In this document: one piece after another, positions 28,554-38,388 of the stretch
Layout: every line of letters begins with the position of its first letter
How positions within the stretch are numbered: position 1 is the stretch's first letter
DNA from: Microcoleus sp.
Lineage (GTDB): Bacteria > Cyanobacteriota > Cyanobacteriia > Cyanobacteriales > Microcoleaceae
Assembly (NCBI GenBank): GCA_042408215.1
Contig: JAYFMW010000020.1
Location: 416,001 to 480,000 of the forward strand
DNA: 64,000 bases
Reading direction: 5' to 3'
The notes under the pieces: model-generated
What the model saw: the letters and a program-made list of their open reading frames with translations, nothing else
Database searches by the model: none
What the model was told of the DNA's origin: nothing
Position numbers and translations under genes: made by a program

Positions 28554-29806
28554 AAATGCTAATAAATGAGACAGCTAAAATGCAGAAAACTCTCCCAAAA
28601 ACTGAAACAAATATGAATGTAATCGTTATGCTTGAGCATCACTTTTGGCAAACTCCCGATCGAGCCGTGTGGACGCAGACAATGTTCCCCTATTCATTTT
28701 GGCTGCGTTACCTGGACGTTTTTGACCAGGTGAAGGTTGTGGCGCGAATGGGCGAAGTGAGGGAGATTCCTCCTAACTGGAAACGGGCTGACGGTGAGGG
28801 GGTAACATTTACACCCGTGCCGGATTACACCGGGCCTCTTCAGTATCTTTTCCGGGCAAGGCAAGTAAAACAGGCGGTCAGAAATGCCTTAAATGGAACT
28901 GATGCTGTGATTTTGCGCGTTGGTTCTCAATTGGCTAACGATCTCGAACCTTTGCTGCGTCATAGTGACCATCCTTACGGCGTGGAAGTTGTAGCTGATC
29001 CCTACGATGTCTTTGCACCTGGTTCTGTTAAACATCCCTTGAGAGTCTTCTTCCGCTGGATGTTCACCCGTCGATTACAACAGCAGTGCTATGGAGCCTG
29101 TGCTGCTGCTTACGTCACTGAACGCGCCTTGCAACAGCGCTATCCACCAGCCAATGATGCTTTTTCGACACACTATTCCAGTGTTGAGTTGCCGGATCGG
29201 GCTTTCGTACCTTTTCCTCGTTCACTTAAAGAGATGCACCCGTTGACTCTGATCACCGTAGGTACGCAGGATCAACTTTATAAGGCTCCAGATGTGCTGA
29301 TTGATGCTGTCGCGGCCTGCCTTGAAGGGGGGTTAGACCTCAAATTAGTGTTGGTGGGGGATGGTAAACACCGAGGGGAACTGGAGGCGCAAGCTGCAAA
29401 GCTGAATCTGGGTGAGCGCGTTTGTTTTCTGGGCAACTTGCCTGCGGGGGAGGCGGTGCGAACTGAGTTCGATCGCGCCGATCTGTTTGTCTTGCCATCT
29501 CATCAAGAAGGCTTGCCCAGGGCGATGATTGAGGCGATGGCACGGGCGCTTCCTTGCATTGGCTCAACTGTGGGGGGTATCCCTGAATTGCTACCGCCTG
29601 AAGATATGGTACCACCTGGTAATGTGGCTGCTCTAGCGGGCAAAATTCGCGAGGTGGTGAGTCACCCAGAACGCATGACTCGGATGTCTGCACGGAATTG
29701 GGAAAAGGCAAAAGATTACAGAGAGGAGGTGTTACGCGATCGCAGAATTGCATTTTACCGCCATGTCCGTGACACAACCGAGGCTTGGCTTAAACAAAAA
29801 TACTAG
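28550..29806 (+). CDS. Glycosyltransferase family 4
   Basis: LFVLPSHQEGLPRAMIEAMA and VGGIPE motifs; true start may lie downstream. Confidence 0.9.
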   Translation: MKMLINETAKMQKTLPKTETNMNVIVMLEHHFWQTPDRAVWTQTMFPYSFWLRYLDVFDQVKVVARMGEVREIPPNWKRADGEGVTFTPVPDYTGPLQYLFRARQVKQAVRNALNGTDAVILRVGSQLANDLEPLLRHSDHPYGVEVVADPYDVFAPGSVKHPLRVFFRWMFTRRLQQQCYGACAAAYVTERALQQRYPPANDAFSTHYSSVELPDRAFVPFPRSLKEMHPLTLITVGTQDQLYKAPDVLIDAVAACLEGGLDLKLVLVGDGKHRGELEAQAAKLNLGERVCFLGNLPAGEAVRTEFDRADLFVLPSHQEGLPRAMIEAMARALPCIGSTVGGIPELLPPEDMVPPGNVAALAGKIREVVSHPERMTRMSARNWEKAKDYREEVLRDRRIAFYRHVRDTTEAWLKQKY

Positions 29807-29826
29807 CAATTGTTTGGATCAAATCA

Positions 29827-31113
29827 GTGTTAAAAAATTCCCTATTCTCTAGGCTTCTTGCCAAAGTCCGAAATATTGGATTTTTTACCAAAAATATCCG
29901 CAGATGTACAGAAATGAACACAGATGGGTTAATGAGTTTTGCAAGAGATCTAATGAACAAACTGTTACTTGTTACTGCTGTTCCAGATGCCCTCCGCGCT
30001 TTCTTGCTTCCTTTTGGCGATCGTTTCCGCGCTAAGGGATGGCGAGTAGATGCAATGGCTCACGGTGTTTCGACTTGTGCTTTTTGCACAAAGGCTTTCG
30101 ATCGCGTTTGGGATGTGGAGTTTTCCCGCAGCCCCGATCGTCCCCGAAATCTCTTAGTTGCTCCACCAAAAATCCGAGAAATCGTAGTGCGCGAAGGCTA
30201 TGATATCGTTCATGTTCACATGGCAGTTGCCGCTTTTGTCACCCGGTACGCCCTCAAAGGTGTGAGAGGACAGCATAAGCCTCAGATTATCTACACGGCT
30301 CACGGCTTTAACTTCTACCAAGGGGAAAATCCCCTGAAAAACGCGATCTTTTTAACCTTGGAAAAGTTGGCGGGGCAATGGACTGATTACTTGGTGACAA
30401 TGAATCGCGAGGATGAAGCCGCCGCAAAGCACTATGGTCTTCTTCCGGCTCACAGAGTCCGGTATATGCCAGGAATTGGCGTAGATCTTCAACAATACAA
30501 TGTCAATGCTATTTCTGATGCTGAGGTTGTGCAGGCGCGACAAGAACTGGGACTTGCACCGGAAACGCCTCTGTTTTTATCCATTGCGGAGTTCATTCCC
30601 CGCAAGCGCCATCGCGATGTTTTACGGGCATTTGCAAAAGTTGCTAGACCTGAAGCCCACCTAGCTTTTGCTGGTTCTGGCCCACTCATGCCGGAGATGC
30701 AGCAGTTAGCCTCTGCGCTGGGTGTGGCAGAACGAGTGCATTTTTTGGGCTACCGTCGGGACATACCGACTTTGGTTAAGGCTTCGGTGGCGACGGTGCT
30801 GGCTTCCGAACAAGAGGGGCTACCCAGGAGTGTGATGGAGTCTTTGTGCTTGGAAGTTCCGGTTATTGGTACTGATATTCGGGGTATCCAGGATTTGCTG
30901 GAAGGAGATTGCGGTTTGCTCGTTCAGTTGGGCAATGTGGAGCAACTTTCTCAGGCAATGACTTGGATTTTAGACCATCCCACCGCGGCGAAAGCAATGG
31001 GCAAGCGGGGACGGGAACTGATGGCGACCTATGACTTGCAGCATATTCTCAATTTGCACGAAGCGTTGTATGCAGAGGCTTTAGAACAGGTCAAGCCTAT
31101 GGTTTCTGTTTGA
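29827..31113 (+). CDS. Glycosyltransferase family 4 (EpsD/PglA-like)
   Basis: IYTAHGF, GIGVD and QEGLPRSVMESL motifs; true start probably MNKLLLV near 29953. Confidence 0.88.
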   Translation: MLKNSLFSRLLAKVRNIGFFTKNIRRCTEMNTDGLMSFARDLMNKLLLVTAVPDALRAFLLPFGDRFRAKGWRVDAMAHGVSTCAFCTKAFDRVWDVEFSRSPDRPRNLLVAPPKIREIVVREGYDIVHVHMAVAAFVTRYALKGVRGQHKPQIIYTAHGFNFYQGENPLKNAIFLTLEKLAGQWTDYLVTMNREDEAAAKHYGLLPAHRVRYMPGIGVDLQQYNVNAISDAEVVQARQELGLAPETPLFLSIAEFIPRKRHRDVLRAFAKVARPEAHLAFAGSGPLMPEMQQLASALGVAERVHFLGYRRDIPTLVKASVATVLASEQEGLPRSVMESLCLEVPVIGTDIRGIQDLLEGDCGLLVQLGNVEQLSQAMTWILDHPTAAKAMGKRGRELMATYDLQHILNLHEALYAEALEQVKPMVSV

Positions 31114-31114
31114 G

Positions 31115-31213
31115 AACTTACGCAAAAAAACCCAGTTTCTTCGCAAAATCCTGGGTTTAGGCGATCGAGGTATAGCAGAAACCGGGTTTTTTGCCCCCGT
31201 GTGGGTAAGTCCT
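31115..31213. repeat. Palindromic MITE/REP-like element
   Basis: ACTTACGC...GGGTAAGT imperfect ends enclosing the AAAAAACCCAGTTTC / GAAACCGGGTTTTTT inverted pair. Confidence 0.65.
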
Positions 31214-31301
31214 GTGTTTAATAAAAATGTCGGTTCATTTAACAAAATATACTCGGAATTACAACGGTTAACTAATCTATTGTTGGCAGGAGTTTAAAGA
31301 A

Positions 31302-32036
31302 ATGGATTCGGAATTTTATCCTAGTCAATGTTTGCCTATCTCTGACCTGAATGGTTCGCCAATTTGGACAGCAGAACAGTGGCAAGAAGCGCAAAAAAAA
31401 TATCTTGACAAACGCCAAGGTATTCGAGTATCATTGGGAATGAAACGCATCTTCGATTTGGCGATTTCCAGCCTTGCTATCCTCATTTTACTCCCGGTTC
31501 TGGCTCTGATTTCTTTAGCCATCCGACTCAGTTCTCCCGGCCCAATTTTATTTCGCCAAGAACGATTGGGCCAGCTGGCTCAACCATTTAAAATTTACAA
31601 ATTTCGCACGATGATTGATGGTGCGATCTCTCAAGGTGCGGGAATTAATACTTTTAAAGGCGATCCTCGTGTCACCCCCATCGGTCGATTCTTGCGCGAA
31701 TACCATCTTGATGAATTACCGCAACTCTTCAATGTTTTACGGGGTGAAATGAGTTTAGTCGGGCCTCGACCGCTGTTAGTTCAGTCTTTACCAACTTACA
31801 CCGATTGGCAAAAACAACGCTTCTTAGTGTCCCCAGGTATTACAGCTTGGGAGGCAGTACAAGGCGGTCTTCTCAACACATTAGAGGAACGGCTAAAACT
31901 AGATGTTTGGTATGTGAATAATTGGAATTTTTGGTTAGACTTAGTTATCCTGATCCGTACAATTCCCGTAGTTCTTAGTAAAGAAGGAGCCTATGCTAAA
32001 GAGGATTCGCCTCCCAATCATGGCCAACCTCTTTAG
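31302..32036 (+). CDS. Initiating sugar (phosphoglycosyl) transferase, PglC/EpsL-like
   Basis: KRIFD, KFRTM and LDELPQLFNVLRGEMSLVGPRP motifs. Confidence 0.93.
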   Translation: MDSEFYPSQCLPISDLNGSPIWTAEQWQEAQKKYLDKRQGIRVSLGMKRIFDLAISSLAILILLPVLALISLAIRLSSPGPILFRQERLGQLAQPFKIYKFRTMIDGAISQGAGINTFKGDPRVTPIGRFLREYHLDELPQLFNVLRGEMSLVGPRPLLVQSLPTYTDWQKQRFLVSPGITAWEAVQGGLLNTLEERLKLDVWYVNNWNFWLDLVILIRTIPVVLSKEGAYAKEDSPPNHGQPL

Positions 32037-32128
32037 GTAGGGAATAGGTAACAGAAATTAATTCCACTAATCATCTATTCCACATTTCCACTGATGAAAG
32101 TTTCATTAATTTAAGTGAGCCTCGCTAT

Positions 32129-32824
32129 ATGACGATCGCAGTGATTCACCAACCTCAATATTTACCCTATCTGGGTTTCTTCCACAAACTGAACCAAGGC
32201 GACATTTTTGTGGTAATGGATAGCGTGCAATTTATGCGGCGCGGCATTCAACACCGCAACAAAATTAAAACCAACAAAGGTGAGCAATGGTTAACAGTTC
32301 CCGTATTCCATCAATCTCCTAGAGAAGAAGAGTATATCAAAGAAGTGCAAATTGACTCGGAACTTCCTTGGGCGCGGAAGCATTGGAATACGCTGCTCAC
32401 CAACTACTCCCCGGCTCCTTATTTTGATAAGTACGCCTTTGAACTCCAACAATTACTGGAAAAAGAATGGCATTATCTCTGTGAACTTGACATGGTTTTA
32501 ATTCAATGGATTATGGAGGTTTTAGGCATGAAAAAGCAGATTGTTTATTTGTCGGAATTGGCGGTAGATGGAACTAAAAGCGACCTTCTGATCGAGGTTT
32601 GTAAAGCCGTGGGGGCTGATACTTATTTATCGGGTTCTGGCGGTAAAGGATATATGGATTTATCACTTTTTGAAGCTGCTGGAATCAATGTAATCTGGCA
32701 AGAGTTTAACTCACCATCTTACAATCAACTCTTTCCAGAATTTGGCTTTTTACCGAACCTATCCATTATCGATACTTTATTCTGTTGCGGTCCAGAAACA
32801 AGGAACTTCTTAGGAGCTAATTAA
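32129..32824 (+). CDS. WbqC family protein
   Basis: IHQPQYLPYLGFFHK, RNKIK, YLSG and LSIIDTLF motifs. Confidence 0.9.
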   Translation: MTIAVIHQPQYLPYLGFFHKLNQGDIFVVMDSVQFMRRGIQHRNKIKTNKGEQWLTVPVFHQSPREEEYIKEVQIDSELPWARKHWNTLLTNYSPAPYFDKYAFELQQLLEKEWHYLCELDMVLIQWIMEVLGMKKQIVYLSELAVDGTKSDLLIEVCKAVGADTYLSGSGGKGYMDLSLFEAAGINVIWQEFNSPSYNQLFPEFGFLPNLSIIDTLFCCGPETRNFLGAN

Positions 32825-33505
32825 GTGAGTCAAGCGATGAACAAAAAAATCCTAGTAATAGCTCCTCATGCTGATGATGAAGTGCTTGGTGTCGGGGGAA
32901 CAATGGCTCGGTTTGCTGCCGAGGGTGCTGAAGTTTATGTAGTCATCGCAACCCAAGGCTATCCACCTGATTACCCAGAAGAAATTTCTGAAAATGTTCG
33001 CCAACAAGGGTTAGTGGCTAATCGGTTAATTGGTGTGAAAGAAACCCGATTTCTGACTCTACCAGCAGCGAATTTAGACAGCGTTCCCTACCGCGACATC
33101 AATCATCAATTGGTTGAAGCTATTCATAACATCCAGCCAGAGGTTCTTTATATTCCTTTCAATGGCGATCTTCATGTAGACCATCAAAGAATTTTCTTAT
33201 CAGCTTTAGTGGCGGCGCGACCAAATTGTCTTAATGCACCAACCACAATTTATGCTTACGAAACCCTTTCAGAAACGAACTGGAATGCTCCTTATTTAAC
33301 ACCTAACTTTGTCCCCAATGTTTTTGTGGATATTTCCGGTTATTTGGAGATGAAAATTCAAGCGATGGAAATCTATGCTTCTCAACTCAAACCTTTCCCT
33401 CACGAACGCTCGGAAAAAACTTTAAGAGCTTTGGCGACCTTACGAGGAAGTACGGTAGGGCGTTTCGCAGCGGAGGCTTTTGTTATGGTGCGAGAAATTA
33501 TTTAA
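32825..33505 (+). CDS. PIG-L/LmbE family deacetylase
   Basis: APHADDEVLG and HVDH motifs. Confidence 0.9.
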   Translation: MSQAMNKKILVIAPHADDEVLGVGGTMARFAAEGAEVYVVIATQGYPPDYPEEISENVRQQGLVANRLIGVKETRFLTLPAANLDSVPYRDINHQLVEAIHNIQPEVLYIPFNGDLHVDHQRIFLSALVAARPNCLNAPTTIYAYETLSETNWNAPYLTPNFVPNVFVDISGYLEMKIQAMEIYASQLKPFPHERSEKTLRALATLRGSTVGRFAAEAFVMVREII

Positions 33506-33515
33506 AAGGAGCAAA

Positions 33516-34589
33516 ATGATGATGTTGTCAGAATTTATTTTGCCTTGTAATCCAAAATGGAAACGTTTCTTGTCACTGGCTTTGCACGATTTTTACCATC
33601 TGCCAGAGTATGTTTCTTTATCAGCCAAGTATGAACAAAGTCAACCTATTGCTTTCTATGGGGAGGCAGATGAAGCGGCGTTTTTGGTTCCTTTGTTAAC
33701 TCGAAAGATTCCAGAAAGCCTTGAAGCACCGGATAATTGGTACGATGCGACTACCCCTTATGGCTATCCAACACCGCTCTCTATTCCTGCTGATGATACA
33801 TCGAGTTTAGAGATTTTTCTCAAGTCTTTTCGAGAGATGGGAGCGGCATCTGGAATGATTAGTGCGTTCTTCCGTTTGCATCCTTTGCTGCCGCAAAATT
33901 TCGATGTATTAGCTAAATTTGGAACGGTGGTAAAACATGGTCAAACTGTATATATTGATCTGTCTTTATCCGTTGAACAAATGTGGTCGCAAACTAGCAA
34001 AAATCACAGGAAAGATATTAACAAGCTGACCCGATTGGGTTTTCAAGCCCTGATTGATGATTGGAGCTTTTTTGACAAATTTATTGCCATCTATTGGGCA
34101 AATATGCAGCGTGTATCGGCTAGCGAGTTTTACTTCTTTGACGAGAGTTACTTTGTTGATTTGCGTTCTAGTCTGGGCGATCGCCTCCACCTTTGTACCA
34201 TCTTATCTCCTGAAGGAGAAGTCGCTTCCAGTTTATTGTTTACGGCAATTAATGGCATTGTGCAAACCTATCTTTCAGGAACATCTGACAAGTATCTTTC
34301 TCGATCGCCCTCTAAGTTAGAAATAGATGTGGTGCGGCGTTGGGCTAAAGAAAATGGAAATCGCTTTTTGCATTTAGGTGGAGGAGTGGGTTCCCGTCCT
34401 GATTCTTTGTTTAAATTCAAATCTGATTTTTCTGATTTCAGGTCTGATTTTTATACATATAGAATGATTATCGACCCGGAAAAATATACAAACCTTATTC
34501 AAGCTTGGGAGGATAAATATGGAGAGCGCAATGATTTTGAAAATGAGTTTTTCCCGCTCTATCGACTCTCAAAATCCCGCTCTGACTAA
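33516..34589 (+). CDS. GNAT/FemAB-like acyltransferase
   Basis: DFYHLPEY, TPYGY, FFRLHP and LHLGGG..DSLFKFK motifs; start approximate. Confidence 0.78.
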   Translation: MMMLSEFILPCNPKWKRFLSLALHDFYHLPEYVSLSAKYEQSQPIAFYGEADEAAFLVPLLTRKIPESLEAPDNWYDATTPYGYPTPLSIPADDTSSLEIFLKSFREMGAASGMISAFFRLHPLLPQNFDVLAKFGTVVKHGQTVYIDLSLSVEQMWSQTSKNHRKDINKLTRLGFQALIDDWSFFDKFIAIYWANMQRVSASEFYFFDESYFVDLRSSLGDRLHLCTILSPEGEVASSLLFTAINGIVQTYLSGTSDKYLSRSPSKLEIDVVRRWAKENGNRFLHLGGGVGSRPDSLFKFKSDFSDFRSDFYTYRMIIDPEKYTNLIQAWEDKYGERNDFENEFFPLYRLSKSRSD

Positions 34590-34804
34590 AGATTCAATTC
34601 AGTCATATATCCAGTTCATCATTGAGGGGTGATACTAATTCATTTCGCGGGAAAAATTTATGCAATTAGGCTCGGAGCAATTCAACTGATGTAAATAATT
34701 GTAACTTTCTGCCAAATTGGCAACATAGTCTGGTTCCACGGGTTTTAATGAGTGTATATAGCCATATTTGTTTGCATCTACCTAATTAATCAACCGACAA
34801 AAGA

Positions 34805-35902
34805 ATGGAGACAAAAACAATGAAATCTAGTTCTTCTTTCCTGAACACTTTTAGTTTCTTGTTGCCTAATTTTTTACGAGAAGATTACTCACCCTACAAA
34901 TGCAATGTCTCTGCTAACCGGGAAAATTATAATCTCCGGGCGCGACGGATACATGGGCAGAATATGATTAAGACTTGGATTAACACAGGCAAAAATCCAT
35001 TTGTCAAGCCGGTAGAATGTAATAATTGTCTATTCGATACGCGGATACCGAACATATACATTGGCTCTGATGGTCTTTGTAATATGTGCATGACTTACCA
35101 AAAGAATTTCAAGTTGGAAATTCTCAATAGCGAATTGGAAACATTTATCAATACCCCGCGAGAGGAAGGAGCTAAACTAGATGCAGTAGTAGCATTCTCA
35201 GGAGGTAAAGACAGTGCCGCGGCTCTTTATTGGGCGAAAAAGAAATTGAATCTAGAGGTAGTTGCTGTCTTAGTACAAAACGGGTTTATTCCCGAACAAG
35301 TGATCGATAATGGTCGAGACTTGTGCGACAAGCTAGGAGTGGAACTCGTTGTTTTAAACATAGAGCTTGCGCCTTTTCTCAAAGACATGATGGATCGAAA
35401 TTTTACGAATGGCTATCCTTGCTATAAATGTGGGGAAATGTTCCACAAGGAAATTCAAATATACTGTGGAACAAAGGGTATTAATCGGGTGATTTTAGGA
35501 CGCAACTGGTGGCGTTGGATTGAACCAGAAGTTCGTTCTGTGCGGTGGGTGAAAGATGAAGCCTCTGGGCTGAATTTGCAGTTCTTTTCCATGCCATTTG
35601 CTTTGCAATTAACCGAAAAGGAGGTGTTAAAAATGCTGGATGATATAGGCTGGAAGACTTTGAAAATCCACGGAAACAGTACAAACTGTGTCATCCCTGG
35701 GTTGATCGAATATCCCATATACCAAAGATTAGGTTATCATCCAGAGCTAAATTTGCTCTCCAGGGAGGTGATTGCAGGTTTTCTGGATAAAGAGGAAGCG
35801 AAGGAACAACTTGCAGACATCAAAGATAATACAGAGATTCTGCGGAAGATGGTTAACAAGAAGCTGGAAGAAGCTCAAAGTGACCAAGGCGAAAAAGGAT
35901 AA
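34805..35902 (+). CDS. PP-loop ATPase with Cys clusters (N-acetyl sugar amidotransferase WbpG-like)
   Basis: CNNC...GLCNMC, VVAFSGGKDS, PCYKC and STNC motifs. Confidence 0.7.
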   Translation: METKTMKSSSSFLNTFSFLLPNFLREDYSPYKCNVSANRENYNLRARRIHGQNMIKTWINTGKNPFVKPVECNNCLFDTRIPNIYIGSDGLCNMCMTYQKNFKLEILNSELETFINTPREEGAKLDAVVAFSGGKDSAAALYWAKKKLNLEVVAVLVQNGFIPEQVIDNGRDLCDKLGVELVVLNIELAPFLKDMMDRNFTNGYPCYKCGEMFHKEIQIYCGTKGINRVILGRNWWRWIEPEVRSVRWVKDEASGLNLQFFSMPFALQLTEKEVLKMLDDIGWKTLKIHGNSTNCVIPGLIEYPIYQRLGYHPELNLLSREVIAGFLDKEEAKEQLADIKDNTEILRKMVNKKLEEAQSDQGEKG

Positions 35903-36042
35903 GCAAAACTGTCAGCCGCAACAATAGGATTACTTCTGTTGTTGCTTGACATTTCTTGGTTTGGTAACAAGACTGCCAGATATCTGTTTTTTTAATTTTT
36001 GTGACAACGGCTTGATTACAAAACTATTTGAGAGGTTTTACT

Positions 36043-36819
36043 ATGGCAACTCTAAAAACAACTTCCTGCAATAAAGAAGTTTACCGGGATAAAGAATTTG
36101 CTCGTTGGGCTTATGGAAATGGTTTGTTACCTGAAGAAAAATATCTGATAGCCAACTATCTAGATCGGAGTAAAAAAACATTGGAGGGAGGTACAGGAGG
36201 AGGGAGACTTTTGTTGGAAATGAGCAAGTTAGGTTTTAATTCTCTTTATGGTTTTGATTACTTACCCGAATTTATTGAGGTAGCAAAACAGAGAGATGTA
36301 GATGGCAATATTGATTTTCAGGTTGAAGATGCCACCCAATTAAATTATGAAGATTGCAGCTTTGAGCAAATCTTATATTTAGGCCAAATGGTTTCTTCCA
36401 TAGATGATGAATTGGGAAGATTAAAAGCTTTAAAGGAAGCTTACCGGATTCTTAAGGTAGGGGGGACTGCCTTATTTTCATTCCTCAGTTTTGACTCCAG
36501 AATCAGCAGTGCTTTATACCGCCCCTATGTGGAGTATATCCGCCTGTTGAGGAAGTTACGCGGGTCAAATCGTTCAATTCAATATCTTCCTTGGCTTAGG
36601 TTTGAGAAACGGCCAAATTTGGCAGCGCTGTTTGATGGAGGTGCTCATGTTTATTGGTACAAAGTTCAAGAAGCTTATCAGCTTTTAAGAGATGTGAATT
36701 TTCAGATTGTTGGATATGCTTCTAGTTACAAGCTGAGCCAAGGTATGATTCATGAATCCCCAGCAACACTAGCTAACGAACCTATTAGAGGAATGCTATA
36801 CTTTGTCTGTAAAAAATGA
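36043..36819 (+). CDS. Class I SAM-dependent methyltransferase
   Basis: LEGGTGGGR motif I, GFD, DAT and RILKVGG. Confidence 0.85.
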   Translation: MATLKTTSCNKEVYRDKEFARWAYGNGLLPEEKYLIANYLDRSKKTLEGGTGGGRLLLEMSKLGFNSLYGFDYLPEFIEVAKQRDVDGNIDFQVEDATQLNYEDCSFEQILYLGQMVSSIDDELGRLKALKEAYRILKVGGTALFSFLSFDSRISSALYRPYVEYIRLLRKLRGSNRSIQYLPWLRFEKRPNLAALFDGGAHVYWYKVQEAYQLLRDVNFQIVGYASSYKLSQGMIHESPATLANEPIRGMLYFVCKK

Positions 36820-37973
36820 GTTTATTTTCTAACAAAGTGACAAAACAAATTCTCCTGTCAACGCCTCACATGGGCGAACTGGAAGAAAAGTACGTTCAAG
36901 AAGCCTTTGATACCAACTGGATCGCCCCCGTGGGCCCCCATGTAGACGCTTTCGAGCAAGAATTCTGTCAAGTAGTTGGCGCTAAACACGCGGCGGCTGT
37001 TAGTTCCGGGACAGTGGCTTTGCATTTGGCTCTAAAATTAATTGGTGTCGGTTCGGGAGATGAGGTTTTTTGCTCGACTCTGACTTTTATTGCGACTGCT
37101 AGCCCGATTACTTATCTGGGCGCAAAACCAGTTTTTATTGATAGCGATCGCACTTCTTGGAATCTCAACCCCGACTTGCTGCGAGAAGCACTTGACAAAC
37201 GAGCAAAAATTGGTAAATTACCCAAAGCTGTGGTGATTGTACACCTCTACGGTCAAAGTTGCGATCTTGACCCAATTCTAGAAGCTTGCAATTACTATCA
37301 AGTTCCGCTAATAGAAGATGCGGCCGAATCTCTAGGGGCTAGCTACAAAGGTCGCTCTCCGGGAAGCTTTGGTAAAATCGGCATTTTCTCATTCAATGGT
37401 AATAAAATTATCACCACTTCCGGCGGCGGAATGTTAGTTTCCGATGACCAAAAACTGGTAGAAAAAGCTCGTTTTTTTGCGACACAAGCCCGTGACCCCG
37501 CTCCTCATTATCAACACTCAGAAATTGGCTACAATTACCGTCTTAGCAATGTTTTGGCGGGAATTGGTCGCGGTCAATTACAGGTTTTGGAGGAGCGAGT
37601 GGAAGCTAGACGACGCAATTTTGACTTTTACAAACAAGCTTTAGGAAACTTGCCGGGAATTGAATTTATGCCGGAAGCTTCCTTTGGACGCGCTACTCGC
37701 TGGCTGACTTGTTTGACGATCGATCCGATCGCTTTCGGTGCAGATAGAGAACAAGTTCGTTTAGCACTTGCTGAAGAGAAAATAGAAGCGCGTCCGGTTT
37801 GGAAACCTTTGCATTTACAACCAGTTTTTGCTGATTGTGAATGTATGGGCGGTGTCGTGGCTGAAGAGTTATTTGAGTACGGGCTTTGTTTGCCTTCTGG
37901 CTCTAATTTGACTGAGGTCGATTTAGAGCGGGTGACAAGTGCGATCGCCCAAATTCACAAAGAAAATGGATGA
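36816..37973 (+). CDS. DegT/PglE/EpsN-type sugar aminotransferase
   Basis: TNWIAPVGP, IEDAAESLG, SFNGNKIITTSGGG and GYNYRLSN motifs. Confidence 0.93.
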   Translation: MSLFSNKVTKQILLSTPHMGELEEKYVQEAFDTNWIAPVGPHVDAFEQEFCQVVGAKHAAAVSSGTVALHLALKLIGVGSGDEVFCSTLTFIATASPITYLGAKPVFIDSDRTSWNLNPDLLREALDKRAKIGKLPKAVVIVHLYGQSCDLDPILEACNYYQVPLIEDAAESLGASYKGRSPGSFGKIGIFSFNGNKIITTSGGGMLVSDDQKLVEKARFFATQARDPAPHYQHSEIGYNYRLSNVLAGIGRGQLQVLEERVEARRRNFDFYKQALGNLPGIEFMPEASFGRATRWLTCLTIDPIAFGADREQVRLALAEEKIEARPVWKPLHLQPVFADCECMGGVVAEELFEYGLCLPSGSNLTEVDLERVTSAIAQIHKENG

Positions 37974-38026
37974 TACAGCAGATTCCACGTTTGTGAAGGA
38001 CACCGCGGGATCGATCTATCCCCGCC

Positions 38027-38262
38027 GTAGGGACACTCCAGGAGCCCATAGGTGTCAACTTAAGCCTGAAACCCTTGGTATCTCTTGCTTTTACCTAAGT
38101 CTAGATCCCCCTAAATCCCCCTTAAGAAGGGGGACTTTGAGAAGACTCCTGTCCCCCCCTTCTTAAGGGGGGCTAGGGGGGATCTAGATTTAATAGTCAA
38201 ACAGCAGTCTCTGACTGGGTTTGAGCTTAAGTTGACACCAATGGGCATTGCCGTTTCCCTAC
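38027..38262. mobile_element. Nested MITE-like element (same family as 98-350, opposite orientation)
   Basis: CCCATAGGTGTCAACTTAAG ... CTTAAGTTGACACCAATGGG flanked by GTAGGGA...TCCCTAC. Confidence 0.8.
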
Positions 38263-38388
38263 TTCATAAACCTGGAATACTCGGCGGTTGAAACCGCTAC
38301 TACACAAACAAAGTCCGCCCAACGCGAGACTAAGAAATGAGGGGGATATTTAAGCTGGATTTGATATTACTCATTCCCATTAATTTTC

